From positions 1,830,001 through 1,862,000 of the forward strand of contig NC_000962.3 of the NCBI RefSeq assembly GCF_000195955.2: a DNA stretch of 32,000 bases. Reading direction: 5' to 3'. This DNA is from Mycobacterium tuberculosis H37Rv (lineage in GTDB: Bacteria; Actinomycetota; Actinomycetes; Mycobacteriales; Mycobacteriaceae). Shown in pieces: positions 1-9,171 of this stretch. The notes under the pieces were generated by a model, which searched no databases, was not told where the DNA came from, and worked only from the letters and a program-made list of their open reading frames with translations. Positions within the stretch are counted from its first letter, which is position 1, and every line of letters starts with the position of its first letter. Position numbers and translations under genes: made by a program.

Positions 1-67
1 CATTACCCCATTTCCCCCACGGGTGCATACCGGCACCCAGGATGTAAACGGGTTCCGGCGCGCTCAT
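1..67 (-). CDS. N-terminus (partial) of lipid-transfer/thiolase-like protein (Rv1627c-like); translates MSAPEPVYILGAGMHPWGKWGN, continues off the left edge
   Basis: Reverse-strand ATG at 67, open to window start; 2-nt spacing from the upstream DUF35 gene; 'YILGAGMHPWGK' typical of SCPx/thiolase N-termini. Absent from the ORF track because it is truncated. Confidence 0.75.
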   Translation of the reverse strand, partial: MSAPEPVYILGAGMHPWGKWGN

Positions 68-69
68 CC

Positions 70-561
70 TCATCGGCGCCGCTCCTCAGCATCGCTGCGC
101 TCTGCATCGTCGCCGGCGCGCGATGGGATCCGCCACGCGTAGACGATGCGCTGCACACCGTCGTCGTCGGCGAACAGCGGCATGGTCGTCAGCTCCATCT
201 CCATGCCGACCTTCAGATCGGCGGCCAGCGTGCCATCGACCACTTTGCCCAGCACGATCAGTCCCTCGTCGGCCAGTTCCACCGCGGCCACGGCGAACGG
301 CTCAAAGGGGTCGGGTGCCGGGTACGGCGGTGGCGGGGCGTACCGGTTTTCGGTGTAGCTCCAAAGCTTTCCGCGGGTCGACAGTCCGACCGACTCTAGT
401 GTGTCGCTGCCGCAAGCCGGATTCGGACAATTGTCCGCCCGGGGTGGGAAGACGTACGTGCCGCACTGGGGACACTTGCCGCCGAGCAGATGCGGGTTGC
501 CGGCCTTATCGGTGGTGAACCATCCATCGATTGCCGGTTCTTCACGGGTGACCTCTGGCAC
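70..561 (-). CDS. DUF35-type OB-fold protein with N-terminal rubredoxin-like zinc ribbon (Rv1628c-like), 163 aa
   Basis: ORF 163 aa; CPQCGTYVFPPRADNCPNPAC zinc ribbon followed by OB-fold region; paired with thiolase-like gene. Confidence 0.85.
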   Translation of the reverse strand: MPEVTREEPAIDGWFTTDKAGNPHLLGGKCPQCGTYVFPPRADNCPNPACGSDTLESVGLSTRGKLWSYTENRYAPPPPYPAPDPFEPFAVAAVELADEGLIVLGKVVDGTLAADLKVGMEMELTTMPLFADDDGVQRIVYAWRIPSRAGDDAERSDAEERRR

Positions 562-651
562 CGGTCCAGCCTACCGAGCCCGGGCGTAAAACTGAAACGT
601 GTTGCAGTTCTGCTGGCACCTGCGCCCGCATTCCACGTCAGCGTCGGTGCA

Positions 652-657
652 TAAAGT
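652..657 (+). promoter_or_regulatory. Candidate -10 (TAAAGT) for polA, placing the TSS at or next to the GTG at 665 (leaderless mRNA)
   Basis: TANNNT motif with a 7-nt gap to GTG 665. Confidence 0.45.
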
Positions 658-664
658 GTGAGCC

Positions 665-3379
665 GTGGTGACTACTGCCAGTGCCCCCAGCGAGGATCGA
701 GCCAAGCCGACGCTGATGTTGCTGGATGGCAATTCGCTGGCGTTTCGGGCGTTCTACGCACTGCCCGCGGAGAACTTCAAGACCCGCGGCGGGCTGACCA
801 CCAACGCCGTCTACGGCTTCACCGCCATGCTGATCAACCTGCTGCGCGATGAAGCCCCGACGCACATCGCGGCGGCTTTCGACGTGTCCCGGCAGACCTT
901 CCGCTTGCAACGCTACCCGGAGTACAAGGCCAACCGATCGTCGACCCCCGACGAGTTCGCTGGCCAGATCGACATCACCAAAGAAGTGCTGGGCGCACTC
1001 GGCATCACCGTGCTCTCCGAGCCGGGGTTCGAGGCCGACGACCTCATCGCCACGCTGGCCACCCAGGCCGAGAACGAGGGCTACCGGGTGCTGGTGGTCA
1101 CCGGGGATCGTGACGCACTGCAACTGGTCAGTGACGATGTGACGGTGCTCTACCCCCGCAAGGGCGTCAGCGAACTTACGCGCTTCACACCGGAGGCCGT
1201 CGTCGAAAAGTACGGGCTCACCCCTAGGCAGTACCCGGACTTCGCCGCGCTGCGCGGCGACCCCAGCGATAACCTGCCCGGCATACCCGGGGTGGGGGAG
1301 AAGACCGCCGCCAAATGGATCGCCGAGTACGGCTCGCTGCGGTCACTGGTGGACAACGTTGACGCCGTGCGCGGCAAGGTGGGCGATGCGCTGCGGGCGA
1401 ACCTGGCCAGCGTGGTGCGCAACCGTGAGCTCACCGACCTGGTTCGCGACGTGCCGCTGGCCCAGACCCCGGACACGCTGCGGCTGCAGCCCTGGGATCG
1501 CGACCACATTCACCGGCTCTTCGACGACCTGGAGTTTCGGGTGTTGCGCGACCGGTTGTTCGACACGTTGGCCGCGGCCGGGGGACCCGAGGTCGACGAG
1601 GGGTTCGACGTGCGCGGCGGCGCGTTGGCGCCCGGCACGGTTAGGCAATGGTTGGCCGAGCACGCCGGCGACGGGCGCCGAGCGGGCCTGACGGTGGTGG
1701 GTACCCATCTGCCGCACGGTGGGGACGCTACCGCTATGGCCGTCGCCGCCGCCGACGGCGAAGGCGCTTACCTCGATACCGCGACGCTGACGCCCGACGA
1801 CGACGCCGCGTTGGCGGCCTGGCTAGCGGATCCAGCTAAACCCAAAGCCTTGCATGAGGCAAAGGCGGCCGTTCATGACCTGGCGGGTCGTGGTTGGACC
1901 TTGGAGGGCGTCACCTCCGACACCGCACTGGCGGCCTACCTGGTGCGGCCGGGGCAGCGCAGCTTCACCCTCGACGACCTCTCGCTGCGCTATCTGCGTC
2001 GCGAGCTGCGTGCGGAAACACCGCAGCAGCAACAACTTTCACTGCTCGATGACGACGATACGGACGCCGAGACCATTCAAACGACGATCCTGCGGGCGCG
2101 GGCAGTCATCGACCTGGCCGACGCGCTGGACGCCGAGTTAGCGCGTATCGACTCCACCGCGCTGCTGGGGGAGATGGAGCTGCCGGTCCAGCGGGTGCTG
2201 GCGAAGATGGAAAGTGCCGGTATCGCCGTCGACCTGCCCATGTTGACCGAGCTGCAAAGCCAGTTTGGCGACCAGATCCGCGACGCCGCCGAGGCCGCCT
2301 ACGGCGTGATCGGCAAGCAAATCAACCTGGGCTCACCCAAGCAGCTGCAGGTCGTGCTGTTCGACGAACTGGGCATGCCGAAGACCAAACGCACCAAGAC
2401 CGGCTACACCACGGATGCCGACGCGCTGCAGTCGTTGTTCGACAAGACCGGGCATCCGTTTCTGCAACATCTGCTCGCCCACCGCGACGTCACCCGGCTC
2501 AAGGTCACCGTCGACGGGTTGCTCCAAGCGGTGGCCGCCGACGGCCGCATCCACACCACGTTCAACCAGACGATCGCCGCGACCGGCCGGCTCTCCTCGA
2601 CCGAACCCAACCTGCAGAACATCCCGATCCGCACCGACGCGGGCCGGCGGATCCGGGACGCGTTCGTGGTCGGGGACGGCTACGCCGAGTTGATGACGGC
2701 CGACTACAGCCAGATCGAGATGCGGATCATGGCGCACCTGTCCGGGGACGAGGGCCTCATCGAGGCGTTCAACACCGGGGAGGACCTGCATTCGTTCGTC
2801 GCGTCCCGGGCGTTCGGCGTGCCCATCGACGAGGTCACCGGCGAGCTGCGGCGCCGGGTCAAGGCGATGTCCTACGGGCTGGCTTACGGGTTGAGCGCCT
2901 ACGGCCTGTCGCAGCAGTTGAAAATCTCCACCGAGGAAGCCAACGAGCAGATGGACGCGTATTTCGCCCGATTCGGCGGGGTGCGCGACTACCTGCGCGC
3001 CGTAGTCGAGCGGGCCCGCAAGGACGGCTACACCTCGACGGTGCTGGGCCGTCGCCGCTACCTGCCCGAGCTGGACAGCAGCAACCGTCAAGTGCGGGAG
3101 GCCGCCGAGCGGGCGGCGCTGAACGCGCCGATCCAGGGCAGCGCGGCCGACATCATCAAGGTGGCCATGATCCAGGTCGACAAGGCGCTCAACGAGGCAC
3201 AGCTGGCGTCGCGCATGCTGCTGCAGGTCCACGACGAGCTGCTGTTCGAAATCGCCCCCGGTGAACGCGAGCGGGTCGAGGCCCTGGTGCGCGACAAGAT
3301 GGGCGGCGCTTACCCGCTCGACGTCCCGCTGGAGGTGTCGGTGGGCTACGGCCGCAGCTGGGACGCGGCGGCGCACTGA
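665..3379 (+). CDS. polA: DNA polymerase I, 904 aa
   Basis: Full-length ORF: 5'-nuclease domain (LLDGNSLAFRAFYALP, FEADDLIATLA) and family A polymerase motifs (DYSQIEMRIMAHLSGD, MSYGLAYGLSAYGLSQQL, LQVHDELLFE). Confidence 0.98.
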   Translation: MVTTASAPSEDRAKPTLMLLDGNSLAFRAFYALPAENFKTRGGLTTNAVYGFTAMLINLLRDEAPTHIAAAFDVSRQTFRLQRYPEYKANRSSTPDEFAGQIDITKEVLGALGITVLSEPGFEADDLIATLATQAENEGYRVLVVTGDRDALQLVSDDVTVLYPRKGVSELTRFTPEAVVEKYGLTPRQYPDFAALRGDPSDNLPGIPGVGEKTAAKWIAEYGSLRSLVDNVDAVRGKVGDALRANLASVVRNRELTDLVRDVPLAQTPDTLRLQPWDRDHIHRLFDDLEFRVLRDRLFDTLAAAGGPEVDEGFDVRGGALAPGTVRQWLAEHAGDGRRAGLTVVGTHLPHGGDATAMAVAAADGEGAYLDTATLTPDDDAALAAWLADPAKPKALHEAKAAVHDLAGRGWTLEGVTSDTALAAYLVRPGQRSFTLDDLSLRYLRRELRAETPQQQQLSLLDDDDTDAETIQTTILRARAVIDLADALDAELARIDSTALLGEMELPVQRVLAKMESAGIAVDLPMLTELQSQFGDQIRDAAEAAYGVIGKQINLGSPKQLQVVLFDELGMPKTKRTKTGYTTDADALQSLFDKTGHPFLQHLLAHRDVTRLKVTVDGLLQAVAADGRIHTTFNQTIAATGRLSSTEPNLQNIPIRTDAGRRIRDAFVVGDGYAELMTADYSQIEMRIMAHLSGDEGLIEAFNTGEDLHSFVASRAFGVPIDEVTGELRRRVKAMSYGLAYGLSAYGLSQQLKISTEEANEQMDAYFARFGGVRDYLRAVVERARKDGYTSTVLGRRRYLPELDSSNRQVREAAERAALNAPIQGSAADIIKVAMIQVDKALNEAQLASRMLLQVHDELLFEIAPGERERVEALVRDKMGGAYPLDVPLEVSVGYGRSWDAAAH

Positions 3380-3381
3380 GT

Positions 3382-3441
3382 GCCGAGCGTGCATCTGGGG
3401 CGGGAATTCGGCGATTTTTCCGCCCTGAGTTCACGCTCGGC
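3382..3441. repeat. 60-nt imperfect palindrome; outer arms GCCGAGCGTG (3382-3391) / CACGCTCGGC (3432-3441), imperfect inner GGGGCGGGAA / TTTCCGCCCT
   Basis: Direct reading of the intergenic sequence between polA stop and rpsA start. Confidence 0.8.
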
Positions 3442-3457
3442 GCAATCGGGACCGAGT

Positions 3458-3486
3458 TTGTCCAGCGTGTACCCGTCGAGTAGCCT
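3458..3486 (+). promoter_or_regulatory. Candidate rpsA promoter: TTGTCC (3458-3463), 17-nt spacer, TAGCCT (3481-3486)
   Basis: Spacing and hexamers consistent with a primary-sigma promoter; GGAG at 3526-3529 upstream of ATG 3542. Confidence 0.45.
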
Positions 3487-3541
3487 CGTCAGGTACCAAT
3501 CTGTCCCTACGACCCAACCCTGTCCGGAGCAACCCAACAAT

Positions 3542-4987
3542 ATGCCGAGTCCCACCGTCACCTCGCCGCAAGTAGCCGTCAACGACATAGGCTCTAGCGA
3601 GGACTTTCTCGCCGCAATAGACAAAACGATCAAGTACTTCAACGATGGCGACATCGTCGAAGGCACCATCGTCAAAGTGGACCGGGACGAGGTGCTCCTC
3701 GACATCGGCTACAAGACCGAAGGCGTGATCCCCGCCCGCGAACTGTCCATCAAGCACGACGTCGACCCCAACGAGGTCGTTTCCGTCGGTGACGAGGTCG
3801 AAGCCCTGGTGCTCACCAAGGAGGACAAAGAGGGCCGGCTCATCCTCTCCAAGAAACGCGCGCAGTACGAGCGTGCCTGGGGCACCATCGAGGCGCTCAA
3901 GGAGAAGGACGAGGCCGTCAAGGGCACGGTCATCGAGGTCGTCAAGGGTGGCCTGATCCTCGACATCGGGCTGCGCGGTTTCCTGCCCGCCTCGCTGGTG
4001 GAGATGCGCCGGGTGCGCGACCTGCAGCCCTACATCGGCAAGGAGATCGAGGCCAAGATCATCGAGCTGGACAAGAACCGCAACAACGTGGTGCTGTCCC
4101 GTCGCGCCTGGCTGGAGCAGACCCAGTCCGAGGTGCGCAGCGAGTTCCTGAATAACTTGCAAAAAGGCACCATCCGAAAGGGTGTCGTGTCCTCGATCGT
4201 CAACTTCGGCGCGTTCGTCGATCTCGGCGGTGTGGACGGTCTGGTGCATGTCTCCGAGCTATCGTGGAAGCACATCGACCACCCGTCCGAGGTGGTCCAG
4301 GTTGGTGACGAGGTCACCGTCGAGGTGCTCGACGTCGACATGGACCGTGAGCGGGTTTCGTTGTCACTCAAGGCGACTCAGGAAGACCCGTGGCGGCACT
4401 TCGCCCGCACTCACGCGATCGGGCAGATCGTGCCGGGCAAGGTCACCAAGTTGGTTCCGTTCGGTGCATTCGTCCGCGTCGAGGAGGGTATCGAGGGCCT
4501 GGTGCACATCTCCGAGCTGGCCGAGCGTCACGTCGAGGTGCCCGATCAGGTGGTTGCCGTCGGCGACGACGCGATGGTCAAGGTCATCGACATCGACCTG
4601 GAGCGCCGTCGGATCTCGTTGTCGCTCAAGCAAGCCAATGAGGACTACACCGAGGAGTTCGACCCGGCGAAGTACGGCATGGCCGACAGTTACGACGAGC
4701 AGGGCAACTACATCTTCCCCGAGGGCTTCGATGCCGAAACCAACGAATGGCTTGAGGGATTCGAAAAGCAGCGCGCCGAATGGGAAGCTCGGTACGCCGA
4801 GGCCGAGCGCCGGCACAAGATGCACACCGCGCAGATGGAGAAGTTCGCCGCCGCCGAGGCGGCTGGACGCGGCGCGGACGATCAGTCGTCGGCCAGTAGC
4901 GCACCGTCGGAAAAGACCGCGGGTGGATCACTGGCCAGCGACGCCCAGCTGGCGGCCCTGCGGGAAAAACTCGCCGGCAGCGCTTGA
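3542..4987 (+). CDS. rpsA: 30S ribosomal protein S1, 481 aa (track ORF from 3380 is over-extended)
   Basis: Tandem S1 domains; starts MPSPTVTSPQVAVNDIGSSEDFLAAIDKTI at ATG 3542. Confidence 0.97.
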   Translation: MPSPTVTSPQVAVNDIGSSEDFLAAIDKTIKYFNDGDIVEGTIVKVDRDEVLLDIGYKTEGVIPARELSIKHDVDPNEVVSVGDEVEALVLTKEDKEGRLILSKKRAQYERAWGTIEALKEKDEAVKGTVIEVVKGGLILDIGLRGFLPASLVEMRRVRDLQPYIGKEIEAKIIELDKNRNNVVLSRRAWLEQTQSEVRSEFLNNLQKGTIRKGVVSSIVNFGAFVDLGGVDGLVHVSELSWKHIDHPSEVVQVGDEVTVEVLDVDMDRERVSLSLKATQEDPWRHFARTHAIGQIVPGKVTKLVPFGAFVRVEEGIEGLVHISELAERHVEVPDQVVAVGDDAMVKVIDIDLERRRISLSLKQANEDYTEEFDPAKYGMADSYDEQGNYIFPEGFDAETNEWLEGFEKQRAEWEARYAEAERRHKMHTAQMEKFAAAEAAGRGADDQSSASSAPSEKTAGGSLASDAQLAALREKLAGSA

Positions 4988-5012
4988 TCTTGCAGCTGAT
5001 CGCGTTCACGTA

Positions 5013-6236
5013 ATGCTGCGCATCGGGCTGACCGGCGGCATTGGCGCCGGGAAGTCGTTGCTGTCCACGACGTTCTCGCAATGCGGCGGAATCGTTGTCG
5101 ACGGCGATGTGTTGGCGCGTGAAGTGGTCCAGCCGGGCACCGAGGGGCTGGCCTCGCTGGTCGACGCGTTCGGTCGCGACATCCTGCTTGCAGACGGAGC
5201 GCTGGACCGGCAGGCGTTGGCGGCCAAGGCGTTTCGAGATGACGAGTCGCGCGGTGTGCTCAACGGAATCGTGCACCCGCTGGTCGCCCGGCGCCGATCC
5301 GAGATCATCGCGGCGGTTTCGGGGGACGCGGTTGTGGTCGAAGATATTCCACTGCTGGTGGAATCCGGGATGGCGCCATTGTTTCCGCTGGTGGTGGTGG
5401 TGCACGCCGACGTCGAGCTACGGGTGCGACGGCTGGTCGAGCAACGCGGCATGGCCGAAGCCGACGCCCGGGCTAGGATCGCTGCGCAGGCCAGCGACCA
5501 GCAGCGTCGTGCCGTCGCCGACGTCTGGCTGGACAACTCGGGCAGCCCAGAGGATTTGGTGCGGCGGGCCCGCGACGTCTGGAACACGCGCGTCCAGCCC
5601 TTCGCGCACAACCTGGCCCAACGTCAGATTGCGCGCGCGCCGGCTAGGTTGGTGCCGGCGGATCCAAGCTGGCCGGATCAGGCGCGGCGCATCGTCAACC
5701 GGCTAAAGATCGCGTGCGGGCATAAGGCCTTGCGAGTTGACCACATTGGGTCAACCGCCGTGTCGGGCTTCCCCGATTTTCTAGCCAAGGATGTCATCGA
5801 CATCCAGGTCACCGTCGAATCACTTGACGTGGCCGACGAGCTGGCCGAGCCCTTGCTGGCCGCCGGCTACCCACGCCTCGAGCACATCACCCAGGACACC
5901 GAAAAGACCGACGCTCGCAGCACCGTCGGCCGCTACGACCACACCGACAGTGCCGCTCTGTGGCACAAGCGCGTGCACGCCTCGGCGGATCCCGGTCGGC
6001 CGACCAACGTGCACCTGCGGGTGCACGGCTGGCCCAACCAACAGTTCGCCCTGCTGTTCGTCGACTGGCTGGCGGCCAATCCCGGCGCGAGAGAAGACTA
6101 TTTGACGGTCAAGTGTGACGCCGACAGGCGCGCCGACGGTGAGCTCGCGCGCTACGTCACCGCCAAGGAGCCGTGGTTCCTGGATGCCTACCAGCGGGCA
6201 TGGGAGTGGGCGGATGCGGTGCACTGGCGTCCCTGA
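5013..6236 (+). CDS. coaE: Dephospho-CoA kinase with C-terminal GrpB/UPF0157 domain, 407 aa
   Basis: ATG 5013: MLRIGLTGGIGAGKSLLSTTFSQCGG (P-loop) then KIACGHKALRVDHIGSTAVSGFPDFLAKDVIDIQ (GrpB-like). In frame within ORF 4182-6236. Confidence 0.95.
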   Translation: MLRIGLTGGIGAGKSLLSTTFSQCGGIVVDGDVLAREVVQPGTEGLASLVDAFGRDILLADGALDRQALAAKAFRDDESRGVLNGIVHPLVARRRSEIIAAVSGDAVVVEDIPLLVESGMAPLFPLVVVVHADVELRVRRLVEQRGMAEADARARIAAQASDQQRRAVADVWLDNSGSPEDLVRRARDVWNTRVQPFAHNLAQRQIARAPARLVPADPSWPDQARRIVNRLKIACGHKALRVDHIGSTAVSGFPDFLAKDVIDIQVTVESLDVADELAEPLLAAGYPRLEHITQDTEKTDARSTVGRYDHTDSAALWHKRVHASADPGRPTNVHLRVHGWPNQQFALLFVDWLAANPGAREDYLTVKCDADRRADGELARYVTAKEPWFLDAYQRAWEWADAVHWRP

Positions 6237-6386
6237 ACGAGGGCCTGCCGCACTGGGCGATGACGCCATCGATCGAGCAGGCCGCGCAGCTGTCATCCCC
6301 GGCCAGCCTCATCTGAGGCTTCCAGCTCGGGGGCGCCGGCGCCCGGGGCGGTGGGCGCTTCTGCTACCCGAGCCGGCACGCGCGCT

Positions 6387-6830
6387 TCATGAGCCGCTGC
6401 GCCAGGTCAGCTCCATCCCCTTGGTGGCCAGCCAGCGGGTGAGGTCATAGCCGTTGCGGGCCAGGCCCTCGACGGCGTCGACTGCGTGCCGCACCGCCTG
6501 CTCGGCGACCGTCGGGGTCAACAGGCCGTGGCGGACGGCGTCGAGTAGTTCGTCGACGTCGGCGAGCTCGGCCCCGCCGCCGGTGCGGACTTCGATGTCG
6601 AGGTAGTGGTCTTCGGAACGCCATACGGAAGGGCCCGGTGTGTATTCGCCGACGTCCAGATAGTAGTCGTGATCGCGTTTGTGGCTGGGATTGAAGTGAA
6701 AGACAGTGGCGCGTAGGCCCAACGACGGCAACAGCCACGACTCGAGGTAGTGGAATTGGGCACGGCCCGGGGTGGGCCGGGCCAGGTAGAGCCCCCACGG
6801 ATGCACCGTGTACTCATCGACCGCCCGCAC
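6387..6830 (-). CDS. DUF402 family protein (Rv1632c-like), 147 aa
   Basis: ORF with EYTVHPWGLYLARP...YYLDVGEY...WRSEDHYLDIEV typical of DUF402. Confidence 0.8.
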   Translation of the reverse strand: MRAVDEYTVHPWGLYLARPTPGRAQFHYLESWLLPSLGLRATVFHFNPSHKRDHDYYLDVGEYTPGPSVWRSEDHYLDIEVRTGGGAELADVDELLDAVRHGLLTPTVAEQAVRHAVDAVEGLARNGYDLTRWLATKGMELTWRSGS

Positions 6831-6981
6831 TATGCCCTTCGGATCGGTATTGGTGTGGGCGATCAGGTCGAACGTCTCGTGCTTGGGTGGGTGAATGGCT
6901 CACCCTATCTGGTCGCACGAGGCGTGCCGGTACATCGACACGCCGGTACTGGTGGCATTCTGCGCACGCTCGCCGCACGGT

Positions 6982-7004
6982 GTGTCCGCGGGTGGCTCTA
7001 GGCT
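6982..7004 (+). promoter_or_regulatory. Candidate damage-inducible (RecA_NDp/PafBC-like) promoter of uvrB: gTGTCCgcg-N8-TAGGCT
   Basis: Partial match to tTGTCRgtg-N8-TAnnnT; -10 ends 7 nt before GTG 7012. Confidence 0.5.
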
Positions 7005-7011
7005 GGTTGGC

Positions 7012-9171
7012 GTGGCTTTCGCTACCGAGCATCCGGTGGTCGCGCATTCGGAGTATCGCGCGGTCGAGGAGATTGTGCGCGCCGGCGGTCACTTCGAGGT
7101 GGTCAGTCCGCATGCTCCGGCCGGCGACCAGCCGGCCGCAATCGACGAGCTGGAGCGGCGGATCAACGCGGGGGAGCGTGACGTGGTGTTGCTCGGCGCC
7201 ACCGGCACCGGGAAGTCGGCGACCACCGCGTGGCTGATCGAACGCCTGCAGCGGCCCACCCTGGTGATGGCGCCCAACAAGACGTTGGCCGCCCAGCTGG
7301 CGAACGAACTGCGAGAGATGTTGCCGCACAACGCCGTCGAGTACTTCGTCTCGTACTACGACTACTACCAGCCGGAGGCGTATATCGCGCAGACCGACAC
7401 TTATATCGAAAAGGATAGCTCCATCAACGACGACGTGGAGCGGCTGCGGCACTCCGCGACCTCGGCGCTGCTGTCGCGTCGTGACGTGGTGGTGGTGGCT
7501 TCGGTGTCCTGCATCTACGGCCTGGGCACACCGCAGTCCTACCTGGACCGCTCCGTCGAGCTGAAGGTGGGCGAGGAAGTGCCGCGCGATGGGCTGCTGC
7601 GGCTGCTGGTCGACGTGCAATACACCCGAAACGACATGTCCTTTACTCGCGGCTCGTTTCGGGTGCGCGGCGACACCGTCGAGATCATCCCCTCCTACGA
7701 AGAGCTGGCGGTTCGCATCGAGTTCTTCGGCGACGAGATCGAGGCGCTGTACTATCTGCACCCGCTGACCGGCGAGGTTATCCGCCAGGTCGACTCGCTG
7801 CGGATCTTTCCCGCTACCCATTACGTCGCCGGTCCGGAGCGGATGGCGCATGCCGTCTCGGCCATCGAGGAAGAACTCGCCGAGCGACTCGCCGAGCTTG
7901 AGAGCCAGGGCAAGCTGCTGGAGGCGCAGCGGCTGCGGATGCGCACCAACTACGACATCGAAATGATGCGGCAGGTCGGGTTCTGCTCGGGCATCGAGAA
8001 CTACTCCCGCCACATCGACGGTAGGGGGCCCGGCACGCCGCCCGCGACCCTGCTCGACTATTTCCCCGAGGATTTCCTGCTCGTTATCGACGAGTCACAT
8101 GTCACCGTGCCGCAGATCGGCGGCATGTACGAGGGCGACATCTCCCGCAAGCGCAACCTGGTGGAGTACGGTTTCCGGCTGCCGTCGGCGTGCGACAACC
8201 GTCCGCTGACCTGGGAGGAGTTCGCTGACCGGATCGGGCAGACGGTGTATCTGTCTGCCACCCCGGGGCCCTACGAGCTCAGCCAGACCGGCGGCGAGTT
8301 CGTCGAGCAGGTGATCCGGCCGACCGGTCTGGTGGACCCGAAAGTGGTAGTCAAGCCGACCAAAGGGCAGATCGACGACCTGATCGGCGAGATCCGCACA
8401 CGGGCAGACGCCGACCAGCGGGTGCTGGTGACGACGCTGACCAAGAAGATGGCCGAAGACCTCACCGACTACCTGCTGGAGATGGGCATTCGGGTGCGCT
8501 ACCTGCATTCGGAGGTCGACACGTTGCGCCGGGTCGAGTTGTTGCGCCAGCTGCGTCTGGGTGACTACGACGTGCTGGTCGGCATCAACCTGCTCCGCGA
8601 GGGCCTAGACCTGCCCGAGGTGTCGCTGGTGGCGATCCTCGACGCCGACAAAGAAGGATTCCTGCGGTCAAGCCGCAGCCTGATCCAGACCATCGGACGC
8701 GCCGCTCGCAACGTGTCCGGCGAGGTGCACATGTACGCCGACAAAATCACCGACTCGATGAGGGAAGCCATCGACGAGACCGAACGCCGGCGGGCCAAGC
8801 AGATCGCCTACAACGAGGCCAACGGAATCGACCCACAGCCGCTGCGCAAAAAGATCGCCGACATCCTCGATCAGGTCTATCGGGAGGCCGACGACACCGC
8901 CGTCGTCGAGGTCGGCGGATCCGGGCGCAACGCATCCCGCGGCCGGCGGGCTCAGGGTGAGCCCGGCCGGGCGGTCAGCGCCGGCGTGTTCGAGGGCCGC
9001 GACACCTCCGCCATGCCGCGCGCTGAGCTGGCCGACCTAATCAAAGACCTCACCGCACAGATGATGGCGGCCGCGCGCGACCTGCAGTTCGAGCTGGCGG
9101 CCCGGTTCCGCGACGAGATCGCCGACCTCAAGCGGGAGCTGCGGGGGATGGACGCGGCCGGCCTGAAGTGA
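7012..9171 (+). CDS. uvrB: Excinuclease ABC subunit B. Start proposed at GTG 7012 ([22 protein letters not shown]...); conventional shorter start is GTG 7075 (698 aa); track ORF starts at 6895
   Basis: [53 protein letters not shown]-like region and C-terminal UVR motif ([27 protein letters not shown]). Confidence 0.95.

Noticed and set aside
2333-3394. 353-aa antisense ORF opposite polA
   Set aside because: Shadow ORF created by GC-rich third-position bias.
3380-3541. N-terminal extension of rpsA (MPSVHLGREFGDFSALSS...)
   Set aside because: It translates the palindrome and promoter region; the conserved S1 start is ATG 3542.
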